Part shown: in pieces, positions 1-9,277 of the stretch | How the letters are laid out: the number at the start of each line of letters is the position of its first letter | Numbering within the stretch: position 1 is the first letter of the stretch | Assembly: GCA_966211825.1 (NCBI GenBank) | Contig: CBIHPQ010000001.1 | Location: 1-45,320, forward strand | Length of the DNA: 45,320 bases | Direction of reading: 5' to 3' | Source of the DNA: an uncultured Dyadobacter sp. | Lineage (GTDB): Bacteria > Bacteroidota > Bacteroidia > Cytophagales > Spirosomataceae | Position numbers and translations under genes: made by a program | The notes under the pieces: model-generated | Databases searched by the model: none | Told to the model about the DNA's origin: nothing | What the model saw: only the letters and a program-made list of their open reading frames with translations

Positions 1-36
1 GGACGTGTCTACGGTACCGCCGTAAAACGCCTTTGA
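1..36 (+). CDS. Possible 3' end of a gene entering from the left (…GRVYGTAVKRL*)
   Basis: Open frame from position 1 to TGA at 34-36, converging on the hairpin at 77-110. Too short to identify. Confidence 0.3.
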   Translation, partial: GRVYGTAVKRL

Positions 37-76
37 AACGAGCTACAATATTGTCGTTAATATTAAAGTATACCAT

Positions 77-110
77 AAAAAAAGACCCGGCCGCATAGCA
101 GCCGGGTCTT
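77..110 (-). terminator. Intrinsic terminator downstream of atpH
   Basis: Stem AAGACCCGGC (82-91) / GCCGGGTCTT (101-110). The A-run at 77-83 gives a U-tract on the minus strand. Confidence 0.85.
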
Positions 111-133
111 CCAAATTATGCAGATAAAAATTT

Positions 134-670
134 TCAGTTTGCTAACTGTAATTTAAGCTCGTTCAAACGGCTGCGAAGCGATGCGTCGATCTGGCGGTCG
201 CCGATTGTCAACACATACCCACCCACGAGAGCAGGATCAATCTTCTCAGCAAGCTGCACCGTTTTTCCGGTTGCCGAAGCAACAATATCGGTAAATTGTT
301 TACGAAGTTCGTCGGTAAGCTCGGTAGTAGTAGCCACGGTTGCTTTCTGGATTCCCTGGAACAGGTTGTAGGCCTTAATGAACTCGACCGCGATCTCGTC
401 CAGGATGGCTTCCCTGTTTTTCTTCGTAATAATGGTAAATATGGCGTAAGAAACGGGGTTAACGCGCGCTTCGAACAATGCCTTTAAAATTCCTAATTTC
501 TTCTCGTGACGTACGACAGGGCTTTTTAATGCAAGCATCAGGCCTCTGTTTTTATCAGCGGTATCTTTGAACAAAAGCATATCCTGATAAACCGCTTCCA
601 GAACGTTCTGTTCTTTCGCTAGCTCGATCAATGATTTTGCATATCTGGAAGCTACTATACTTACTGACAT
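134..670 (-). CDS. atpH: ATP synthase F1 subunit delta
   Basis: N-terminal ASRYAKSL, C-terminal IDPALVGG…IDASLRSRL; follows atpF. Confidence 0.97.
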   Translation of the reverse strand: MSVSIVASRYAKSLIELAKEQNVLEAVYQDMLLFKDTADKNRGLMLALKSPVVRHEKKLGILKALFEARVNPVSYAIFTIITKKNREAILDEIAVEFIKAYNLFQGIQKATVATTTELTDELRKQFTDIVASATGKTVQLAEKIDPALVGGYVLTIGDRQIDASLRSRLNELKLQLAN

Positions 671-693
671 CGGAAATTAAATTTTGTATATTT

Positions 694-1188
694 TTAATTA
701 AGACGCGCAGATGAAGCCAGATCGGCGATCAATTGCTGCTGAGCTTCCTTGTCTTTCAATTCGCGGTGCAATACTTTCTCGGCGATTTCGAGTGAAAGGA
801 TTGCAACCTCTTTCCTGATTTTGCTAACCGCTACCGCTTGTTCGTTACGGATGGTTTCGCGAGCGCTTTCGATGATTTTTTGTGCTTCCACAGCCGCTTT
901 GTCTTTCGATTCTGCGATCGTCCGGTCAGATGCGTCTTTTGCGTCGCGAAGGATCTGGTCACGCACTGCATTCGCTTCGGCGATGAGTTTTTCGTTGTCA
1001 GATTTCAGCTGAGCCATTTCAGCGCGGGTCTTCTCAGCAAGATCCAAAGCACCCTGGATTTCGTTTTCGCGGTCTTTAAGGCCTTTCAGTATAGGTTTCC
1101 AGGCGAATTTCGACAAGATGAAAACTACCAGCAAAAATACTACAAGCATCCAGAAGATAAGACCTGGGTTTGGAGTAAGCAATGACAT
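694..1188 (-). CDS. atpF: ATP synthase F0 subunit b
   Basis: N-terminal TM helix (PGLIFW…KFAWKPI) followed by a long charged coiled coil; operon context. Confidence 0.97.
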   Translation of the reverse strand: MSLLTPNPGLIFWMLVVFLLVVFILSKFAWKPILKGLKDRENEIQGALDLAEKTRAEMAQLKSDNEKLIAEANAVRDQILRDAKDASDRTIAESKDKAAVEAQKIIESARETIRNEQAVAVSKIRKEVAILSLEIAEKVLHRELKDKEAQQQLIADLASSARLN

Positions 1189-1260
1189 AGTTAAATGAGT
1201 TTTTGAGTGTAAGAATGAATGAGGAATCTCCTCGCAATCGGCTCTCTTCTTATTAAAATT

Positions 1261-1285
1261 TCGTGGAAGCCTAATGCTTCCACGA
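1261..1285. promoter_or_regulatory. Perfect 10-bp hairpin in the atpE-atpF spacer
   Basis: TCGTGGAAGC-ctaat-GCTTCCACGA. Confidence 0.6.
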
Positions 1286-1346
1286 CAATGTTTTTAACTG
1301 CATCCGGGCCTAGCGCGCCGGGGCAGCTGTTCCCTTCCGGAAGCTA

Positions 1347-1634
<288 letters not shown>

Positions 1635-1656
1635 TTAATAAAAAAGAGATTCAAAA

Positions 1657-2751
1657 TCAATGTCCGTGGTCGGCGTGGCTATGCTCTTCGATAGCGCTTC
1701 CGATGTACATGGACGACAATAGTGTGAAGATGAATGCCTGGATGAACGCTACCATGATCTCGATGAAGTTCAGGAACAATGCGAACAACGAGATTACCGG
1801 GGCGATTACGAAGCTTTGGAAAATAAAGATCAGACCGAAAAGGCTCAACAGGATAATGTGACCCGCGGTGATGTTGGCGAACAACCGGACCATCAGTGAG
1901 AACGGCTTCATGAAGACACCTACGATTTCGACAGGGATCATGATCAGCAACAGCGGCACAGGAACGCCGGTAGGCTTCACAAGGTGCTTGTAATAGTTGC
2001 CATTTGCATTCAGGTGAACGACGATGAACGTCAGCACAGCCAGTGTCATAGTCACCGCGATGTTACCGGTAAGGTTAGCCGATCCCGGAAGCAGGCCCAT
2101 GATGTTGTTGATCAGAATGAAGAAGAACAACGTCAGCAGGTAAGGCAGGTATTTTTCGTATTTCGGACCTACGTTTGGCTTCACAACCTCGTCGCGGATG
2201 AAGAGAATGATCACTTCCATGGCAGAGTTGAAACCTTTCGGTGCTTTGCCTTTGCTGTTTTTGTACCAGCCGGCGATGCCTGTGAAAACGAGGATCAGGA
2301 TCAACGCGCTCAGCAGCATCGATGCTACATTTTTGGTGATCGAGAAATCGTATACTTTACGTGATTTGTCAACCGGAACGATCTGCTCGGAATCACCGTG
2401 TACCAGGTGGTAACCGTTGTATTCGTGATGGTCGTTGTGGAAGTTCGAAGAAGAGAAAACTTCGATGCCGCGGTCTTCCGAATACAGGATAACCGGAAGC
2501 GGGAGAGAAACACCGTGCGAGAATTCCCATTCGTGGGAATCGGCAATGTGGTGCATGATCATGTCGCCGATGTTGAACTTCGCTTCGTGCTCTTCAAGCT
2601 TATGTTCAATTTTATGCTCTTCCTGGTTCACGGCTTCGGCGACCTTTCCGGCTTCGTGCTGGGTAGGTTCATCGGCGCGGGCCGGAAGGTTAAAAAGGCA
2701 TGTTGCCGCTACAAGGGCGATAGTAAAAAACCGTCTCAGATGGGTATACAT
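1657..2751 (-). CDS. atpB: ATP synthase F0 subunit a (Bacteroidota type with extended N-terminus)
   Basis: VRLFANITAGH and AFIQAFIF motifs; HHIADSH N-terminal motif. Confidence 0.97.
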   Translation of the reverse strand: MYTHLRRFFTIALVAATCLFNLPARADEPTQHEAGKVAEAVNQEEHKIEHKLEEHEAKFNIGDMIMHHIADSHEWEFSHGVSLPLPVILYSEDRGIEVFSSSNFHNDHHEYNGYHLVHGDSEQIVPVDKSRKVYDFSITKNVASMLLSALILILVFTGIAGWYKNSKGKAPKGFNSAMEVIILFIRDEVVKPNVGPKYEKYLPYLLTLFFFILINNIMGLLPGSANLTGNIAVTMTLAVLTFIVVHLNANGNYYKHLVKPTGVPVPLLLIMIPVEIVGVFMKPFSLMVRLFANITAGHIILLSLFGLIFIFQSFVIAPVISLFALFLNFIEIMVAFIQAFIFTLLSSMYIGSAIEEHSHADHGH

Positions 2752-2775
2752 AAATGCTTGAAATACTATGCTTTG

Positions 2776-3135
2776 TCAATCGCGGCGCAAGTTACGATAC
2801 AAACCATATATTTCAAAGCATGTATAAAATAAATAGAGTGCAAAAAAGTTGATAACGAATAGGAATGAATCAGTTAGCCCCTTGTACAAAAAAAGGCCGA
2901 TGAAGATGATGCTCAGAATGATCCGTGCAACGATGCTTGAAATGTAAAATGTGACGAATTTCTCCCGCTTGTTCCGCATTCCGAACTCCATGAGCCGATG
3001 GACCAGAAAAGCGAGTCCGAAAAAGAATATGAGAATGTACCATATATAAGGATGCAGGAAAGAATCCAGGTGAAATCTTTGAGCAAGGAAAAATACAATT
3101 CCGAGAAAAATCGTTGCGATCAGGGTACGTAGCAT
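2776..3135 (-). CDS. Membrane protein of the atp operon (AtpI-like, about 4 TM)
   Basis: Hydrophobic 119-aa ORF between the AtpZ-like gene and atpB. Confidence 0.75.
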   Translation of the reverse strand: MLRTLIATIFLGIVFFLAQRFHLDSFLHPYIWYILIFFFGLAFLVHRLMEFGMRNKREKFVTFYISSIVARIILSIIFIGLFLYKGLTDSFLFVINFFALYLFYTCFEIYGLYRNLRRD

Positions 3136-3157
3136 GCCGGGCTGCCGGGGGCGGAGA

Positions 3158-3382
3158 TTATTGCTTGGTAAAACTTCTTATCAATAGGTAAAGGGAGGCG
3201 GCAATCGACACGAGCGAGAGTACGAGCGTCCACACCGGCACCTTGTTCTGCTGCCACTCGTCGAGCTTGTAACCGCCATAAGTGAACACCAGGATGGTCC
3301 CCAGCATTTGCATCGCCATACCCGAGTATTTCAGGAAGCGCGTCGACTGGCCTTTGTCCGCGGTTTTTTTTACATCTCCCAT
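3158..3382 (-). CDS. AtpZ/AtpI family small membrane protein
   Basis: KYSGMAMQM…GGYKLD two-TM pattern at the head of the atp operon. Confidence 0.85.
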   Translation of the reverse strand: MGDVKKTADKGQSTRFLKYSGMAMQMLGTILVFTYGGYKLDEWQQNKVPVWTLVLSLVSIAASLYLLIRSFTKQ

Positions 3383-3546
3383 AATTCAGCTATTCCCCGT
3401 TTCGATTGTAAGAACAATGGTAGAATATAAAGGTAAAATTGCTTCAAATTTTGCAAATGGCATTATCTTCGATACGTATTTATTGAAAATACCGTTTTAG
3501 GTTTGCTAACCTGGACGAAACAGGAACACCCCATAAAGTCAATTTT

Positions 3547-5751
3547 GTGATCGACCGTTTTACCTCCCATATCCGACGCACATTACCGCTACTTGTCATG
3601 ATCATCGTCGTGGCTGCCTGCTCGCAGTACAGCACACGGCCGGGTGCGATCACTTTTCACAACGTAGCAGCGCGGTATAATGCCTATTTTATGGCTGAGC
3701 AGGATATGGCGGAGGCGGAATTCGAGATGAATAAGGCTTATAAGGAAAACTACAACCAGCTGCTCCCGATACTGCTCCCGATGGACTCTATCCTCGCCCA
3801 GGCGGTAAAACCCAAGTTGACGGATGCGATCAAAAAGGCTTCGATCGTGGCTGAAAAGCATCAGAACAGCAAGTGGATCGACAACAGCTATATTCTTTTA
3901 GGTAAATCCAGGCTATATCTCGGCGAATGGGCCGACGGGCTGGAAGCATTGCGCTACGTATATGCCAACGGGCGCGACGAAAACGACAAAAACAATGCGC
4001 TCATCCTCCTTATGCGGGCCTATACCGAGCATAAGGACTATTCCAATGCGCTGGGCGTGGCGGAATATCTCAGCCAGCAGCCGCTCAACAAAACTTCGCA
4101 GCGTGAATTTTACCTTACCAAGGCGTACCTCCATCAGCAAAATGGCGAATACCTCACTTCCGTGGCCATCCTGGAAGAAACTTTTCCATTGTTGAAAAAA
4201 TCGATAGAAACCGCCCGCATCCATTTCGCGGCGGCGCAGATGTACGACCGGCTCGGGCAATATGCATTAGCCAACAAGCATTATAAAAGTGTCAACAAAA
4301 ACAAGCCGAACTACGACCTGGGCTTTTATTCGGGTATGAATTCTTTGCAGAATGAAGTAGTTCTGAACCCCGGACGCGACCTGAGCAATGTGGGCTTCGA
4401 TAAAATGCTGCGCGACCGCAAAAACGACGACCTGAAAGACCGCGTCTACTTCACGATGGGCTTGCTGGCTGAGCACAAAAAGCAGATCCCGGAGGCGGTA
4501 GGCTATTTGCAAAAAGCGGCCGCAGCTTCCAAAGGTAATATGCAGCAAAAAGCCTATACCTACCTGCAACTGGCGCGGATAGAGTACGAATCCCTTGAAA
4601 ATTTCGAAATGTCCAAAGCCTATTATGACAGCGCATTGGCCATTCTGCCGCAGGAAGCACCCGAATACCGCCTCGTAGCAGACAGAAAGCGGGCACTGGA
4701 TAATTTTGTGACGCAATACACCATCGTTTCCAATGAGGACAGCCTCCAACGACTGGCCAAAATGAACCCGGCCGCATTGGACAATAAGATCGATAATATC
4801 ATCGAGGCCCGGGAGAAAAAGCGTTTGGAAGAGGAAGAAAAAGCCCGGAAAGCGCAGCTCGCCGCCCAAAATGCAAGCTTGCAGCAAGGAGGCGGAAACC
4901 CGTTGATCAATGGAGGCGAGAGGCGTTGGGAACTGTACGACCCGGCGCTCGTCGACAAAGGCAAAATCGATTTCAGAAGAAACTGGGGTAACCGCCCGCT
5001 GGAAGACGATTGGCGCAGGAGCAGCCGCCCATTGCGTTCGCTGGCAGGTAACAACGCAGCCGGAGGTACGGATAGCACGGGTGTCGCACAGGCCCAACAG
5101 GAGAATACAGGTTTGAAAAAAGGTACGGGGGAATGGGACCAGGTGCACGCGTTGCTTAAAAAAGACGTCCCGCTGTCGGATACGGCCTTCGCGGCTTCCG
5201 AGAAAAAGAAAGAAGACGCGCTTTATAACCTCGGAAAAGTCTACCGCTTCGACCTCAAAGAATCCAACCGGGCGATCGCTGCATTTGAACGCGTGCTCGC
5301 GGAATATCCAAAAACACAATACAAGGACGAAATTTATTACCTGCTCTTCCTGAGCAACGAGGAAAATACCGCTCAGAAAGAATCCTGGAAATCAAAGCTG
5401 CTGAGCGAATACCCGACGTCGACATACGCCCGTCTGGTCAATAAATCCACCGATACCGGCGGAACATCCGGCAATGCGACGAAAGAGTATGAGGCTGTCT
5501 ATAAGCTTTATGCGGACGGTAATTACACCAAAGCGCTGGAAGACATTGAAAAGAACCTGCCATCCTACAAAGGCAGCTCTATGGAAGACAAATTTGCATT
5601 GCTCCGCGTGTTCCTGATCGGCAAAGTGAGGGGTAAAGAAGCATATGGTCAGGCCATTACCGAATTCATGAGGCTTTATCCTACCAGCATTTACCTGCCG
5701 CGCCTGAAAGAAATGCAGGAATTCAATTCCCTGTCCATGGGCAAAAGATAA
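3547..5751 (+). CDS. sprE: T9SS/gliding TPR lipoprotein SprE/PorW
   Basis: Lipobox (VAACS), FHNVAARYNAYF, WGNRPLEDDWRR motif and multiple TPRs; position next to the atp operon is typical. Confidence 0.8.
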   Translation: MIDRFTSHIRRTLPLLVMIIVVAACSQYSTRPGAITFHNVAARYNAYFMAEQDMAEAEFEMNKAYKENYNQLLPILLPMDSILAQAVKPKLTDAIKKASIVAEKHQNSKWIDNSYILLGKSRLYLGEWADGLEALRYVYANGRDENDKNNALILLMRAYTEHKDYSNALGVAEYLSQQPLNKTSQREFYLTKAYLHQQNGEYLTSVAILEETFPLLKKSIETARIHFAAAQMYDRLGQYALANKHYKSVNKNKPNYDLGFYSGMNSLQNEVVLNPGRDLSNVGFDKMLRDRKNDDLKDRVYFTMGLLAEHKKQIPEAVGYLQKAAAASKGNMQQKAYTYLQLARIEYESLENFEMSKAYYDSALAILPQEAPEYRLVADRKRALDNFVTQYTIVSNEDSLQRLAKMNPAALDNKIDNIIEAREKKRLEEEEKARKAQLAAQNASLQQGGGNPLINGGERRWELYDPALVDKGKIDFRRNWGNRPLEDDWRRSSRPLRSLAGNNAAGGTDSTGVAQAQQENTGLKKGTGEWDQVHALLKKDVPLSDTAFAASEKKKEDALYNLGKVYRFDLKESNRAIAAFERVLAEYPKTQYKDEIYYLLFLSNEENTAQKESWKSKLLSEYPTSTYARLVNKSTDTGGTSGNATKEYEAVYKLYADGNYTKALEDIEKNLPSYKGSSMEDKFALLRVFLIGKVRGKEAYGQAITEFMRLYPTSIYLPRLKEMQEFNSLSMGKR

Positions 5752-5764
5752 TAGGTTGAAATCG

Positions 5765-5772
5765 TATATTTG
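5765..5772 (+). promoter_or_regulatory. Bacteroidota -7 promoter element
   Basis: TATATTTG fits TAnnTTTG, about 30 nt before the ATG at 5803. Confidence 0.55.
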
Positions 5773-5802
5773 CCTTTTCCAGTAACCTATCACCCCACAT
5801 CT

Positions 5803-8100
5803 ATGATTGAATTGCAACCCGGAAAGTATCGGCGTACCATTGTCCGTCTCTGGCGGTTTGTTGGCCTGGGGCTGGGTCTGATCATATTCTACATCGTCGC
5901 CGTCAGTTTTAACTTTTTGTGGTTGTTCGGCGGCATGCCGGACCTCAAAACGCTCGAAAACCCCAAAAGCGAACTAGCATCGGAGCTTATCAGCGAGGAT
6001 GGCAAGTCGTTGGGAAAATACTTTTTCGAGAACCGGACACCCATTGACATCGCCCAGATTTCCCCTAACCTGATCGACGCGCTCGTAGCGACCGAAGACG
6101 CACGTTTCGTAAACCACTCTGGTATCGATCCGCGCAGTTTGGCCAGGGTATTCAAAGGCGTTGTTTCAGGCAGTTCGAGCTCAGGCGGGGGGAGTACGCT
6201 CACACAGCAGGTCGCCAAAAACCTTTTTAATACCCGTTCGGAGGAGTATGAAGGTCTTTTAGGTAAAATACCCGTGATCCGCATTGTGATAGCCAAAACC
6301 AAGGAATGGGTGCTCGCAGTGGTCCTGGAAAGGAAGTATACCAAACAGGAAATCATGCAGATGTACCTGAACACCGTATCGTTTGGTAACAATACATATG
6401 GTATCAAGGTCGCTTCCAAAACTTATTTCGACAAAGAGCCCTGGGACCTGAACGTGACCGAAGCCGCATTGCTGGTAGGCATGTTGCAAAACCCGACATT
6501 ATTCAACCCATTGCGCTTCCCGACCAATGCATTGAACCGCCGGAACACGGTTTTGGCACAGATGTATAAATATGACTACATCGCCGAAACGGATTTCAAC
6601 AAGTATAGAGAAAAATCGCTGGGACTGAATTTTACCGTCGATAGCCACAACACTGGCCTCGCACCCTATTTCCGCGAATCCATGCGGGGTTACCTCAAAA
6701 GCTGGGTGAAGCTTTACAACGAGGAGCACGACACCGATCTCGACCTCTATACAAGCGGCCTCCGCATTTATACCACCATCGACTCGCGAATGCAGCGCTA
6801 CCAGGAAACCGCGTTGACGGAGCACATGAAAACCCAGCAAAAGCTTTTCGACGAGCACTGGAAAGGCCGCAATCCATGGACTTTCGATAATGGCAAAGAG
6901 ATCCCGGGCTTTATTACCACCGCCGCAAAGCGTTCGCCGCATTTCATCTCTTTGAAAAGGGACCTGGGTGAGGAAGCAGCCTGGAAAATCATGAAGAAGC
7001 CTTACAAAATGAAGGTTTTTACCTGGAATGGCGAGAAAGAGGTAACAATGAGTCCGCTGGATTCGATCGCCTATTACAAACGCTTCCTGCGTGCGGGTAT
7101 GATGTCTATGGACCCGCGTAACGGGCACGTGAAGGCGTGGGTAGGAGGTATTAATTTTAAGTATTTCAAATACGACCATGTAAAACAGGGATCACGGCAG
7201 CCGGGCTCTACTTTCAAGCCTTTCGTGTATGTTTCGGCATTGGATAAGAACTTCCTCACGCCCTGCGACCACGTGACCGACCAGCCCGTATACTTCGGCC
7301 TTTCCGACGGCGTGCCGGGAGGATGGTCGCCGCATAACTCGAATAATAAATACTCCTACCAATCGCTGTCATTGCGGCAGGCATTAGGGAAATCGGTGAA
7401 TACGGTGAGCGCTTACCTGATGAAAATGGTGCGCCCGAAAGCGGTCGTGGAATACGCCCATAAGCTCGGTATTACCAGCAAGTTGCAGGAAGTTCCTTCG
7501 CTTTGCCTTGGTATCAGCGATGTTTCCGTATATGAAATGGTGGGGGCCTATTGCGCATTTGCCAATGGCGGCCACCGGACGGAACCGATGACGATCCTGC
7601 GCATCGAAGACCGCTACGGGAATGTATTGCAGGAGTTTTTCCAGAAGCAAAACCAGGAGATCAGCGAAAACATGGCCTATAATATGTTGTACCTGATGCG
7701 CGGCGCCGTGGAAGATCCGGGTGGAACGGCCGGGCGGCTGCGGCAATATGGTGTTACCGAAGGCAATGAGATCGCTGCTAAAACCGGTACTACTTCCAAC
7801 TACTCGGATGGTTGGTTTATGGGGATGACACAAAACCTGGTTTCCGGGATATGGGTAGGCGGGGAAGACCGCAGCATTCACTTCCGTACCATTGCCTACG
7901 GCCAGGGCGGGCGCATCGCGATGCCGGCCTGGGGGATGTTTATGCAAAAAGTATATGCCGATCCAACGCTCGTTCAATACCGGAAAGGACCATTCAACAA
8001 ACCTGAAAACTACGTCCGGGAGTGCGGAGGCGTAGCCACCGACAGCACCGATACTTACGTTCCGCCGTCAAGGTCCGACGACGAAGGCGTATTATTCTGA
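5803..8100 (+). CDS. Penicillin-binding protein 1A (transglycosylase/transpeptidase)
   Basis: EDARF, GGSTLTQQVAKN, GSTFK (SxxK), SVN and KTG motifs. ATG 5803 preferred because TTG 5770 lies inside the promoter element. Confidence 0.93.
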   Translation: MIELQPGKYRRTIVRLWRFVGLGLGLIIFYIVAVSFNFLWLFGGMPDLKTLENPKSELASELISEDGKSLGKYFFENRTPIDIAQISPNLIDALVATEDARFVNHSGIDPRSLARVFKGVVSGSSSSGGGSTLTQQVAKNLFNTRSEEYEGLLGKIPVIRIVIAKTKEWVLAVVLERKYTKQEIMQMYLNTVSFGNNTYGIKVASKTYFDKEPWDLNVTEAALLVGMLQNPTLFNPLRFPTNALNRRNTVLAQMYKYDYIAETDFNKYREKSLGLNFTVDSHNTGLAPYFRESMRGYLKSWVKLYNEEHDTDLDLYTSGLRIYTTIDSRMQRYQETALTEHMKTQQKLFDEHWKGRNPWTFDNGKEIPGFITTAAKRSPHFISLKRDLGEEAAWKIMKKPYKMKVFTWNGEKEVTMSPLDSIAYYKRFLRAGMMSMDPRNGHVKAWVGGINFKYFKYDHVKQGSRQPGSTFKPFVYVSALDKNFLTPCDHVTDQPVYFGLSDGVPGGWSPHNSNNKYSYQSLSLRQALGKSVNTVSAYLMKMVRPKAVVEYAHKLGITSKLQEVPSLCLGISDVSVYEMVGAYCAFANGGHRTEPMTILRIEDRYGNVLQEFFQKQNQEISENMAYNMLYLMRGAVEDPGGTAGRLRQYGVTEGNEIAAKTGTTSNYSDGWFMGMTQNLVSGIWVGGEDRSIHFRTIAYGQGGRIAMPAWGMFMQKVYADPTLVQYRKGPFNKPENYVRECGGVATDSTDTYVPPSRSDDEGVLF

Positions 8101-8112
8101 CCCCATAAACCC

Positions 8113-9261
8113 TTGCCCGTGAATATTCTCGTTGCCCCTGACAAGTTTCGCGGTTCGCTGGAAGCGGCGGAAGTATGCAATGCCGTTGAAAGCGGCATTA
8201 AAAAGGCATACCCCAATGCAAAAGTGACGTCAATCCCGCTGGCCGACGGAGGCGAAGGGACTTCGAAGATACTAACGGAGCAAGCCAACGGTTCCGACGT
8301 GAGCATTACCGTCATGGACCCGCTGAACCGCCCGATCAAAGCGATCTATGGCATTTCCGAAGACCATCAGGTCGCATTCATTGAAATGGCAGCAGCTTCC
8401 GGCCTCGGCCTGTTGGCAGCTTGCGAGCGTAATCCGCTGCGTACGAGTACATTCGGGACGGGACAGCTCATCGCCGATGCATTGGGCAGGGGAGTGAAGA
8501 AGATCATCCTCGGCATTGGCGGTAGCGCCACAACCGACGGGGGCATTGGAATGGCGGAAGCGCTTGGCTATTCTTTCAAAGATAATGCGGGTAATACACT
8601 GTTTCCGGAAGGGGAGTCGCTCGCAAAAATCGGTTCTATCGATACCCGGAATGTAGATTCAAGGCTTGCTTCGGTATCCATTACCGTGGCTTGCGACGTT
8701 ACCAACCCGCTTTATGGGCAGGATGGCGCGGCTTTCGTGTATGGCCCGCAGAAAGGTGCGGATGCTGAAATGGTTGCCCGCCTCGACGCAGGGCTGGAAA
8801 ACTTGGCCGGAGTTGCCACACGCGTATTCGGACGCGATGTGAGCCTGGTCCCCGGCGCGGGCGCTGCGGGTGGGTTGGGTGCCGGTTGCATGTGGTTCCT
8901 GGATGCGGTACTGAAAGATGGCATCAGCATTGTAATGGAGCAATGCAATATCGCTTCGCTCGTCGAAAATGCCGATCTGGTAATCACCGGTGAGGGGAAA
9001 GTCGATGAGCAAACATTGGCTGGCAAGGTCGTAAAAGGGCTCGCCGGGCTTTGCAGGAGCCATCGTGTGCCGCTGGCGGTTGTATGCGGTACGTTGCAGA
9101 TCACACCTGAGCAGGCGCAGGCAGCAGGAATGACCTACGCCGTTTCCGTTTTGAACCGACCGATGGATCTGAATGCAGCCCAAAACGAGGCGTACAGCCT
9201 GGTAAGCGACGCAACTTTTCAACTCATGCGGTTGTTTTTTTTCAATAGGGGCGCTGTTTAG
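8113..9261 (+). CDS. Glycerate kinase
   Basis: APDKFRGSL, PLADGGEGT, GIGGSATTDGG, GAGAAGG, ITGEG. Confidence 0.95.
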   Translation: MPVNILVAPDKFRGSLEAAEVCNAVESGIKKAYPNAKVTSIPLADGGEGTSKILTEQANGSDVSITVMDPLNRPIKAIYGISEDHQVAFIEMAAASGLGLLAACERNPLRTSTFGTGQLIADALGRGVKKIILGIGGSATTDGGIGMAEALGYSFKDNAGNTLFPEGESLAKIGSIDTRNVDSRLASVSITVACDVTNPLYGQDGAAFVYGPQKGADAEMVARLDAGLENLAGVATRVFGRDVSLVPGAGAAGGLGAGCMWFLDAVLKDGISIVMEQCNIASLVENADLVITGEGKVDEQTLAGKVVKGLAGLCRSHRVPLAVVCGTLQITPEQAQAAGMTYAVSVLNRPMDLNAAQNEAYSLVSDATFQLMRLFFFNRGAV

Positions 9262-9277
9262 TCCTAAATTACAATCA

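Noticed and set aside
1..76. Minus-strand ATG at 76 as the start of atpA
   Set aside because: It translates to MVYFNINDNIVARFK…, unlike AtpA, and lies directly after a terminator.
4267..5319. Long antisense ORFs (e.g. 4267-5319, 19626-20447, 26740-27537, 35069-35866)
   Set aside because: They lie opposite well-supported genes, have no recognisable motifs and are expected from codon bias.
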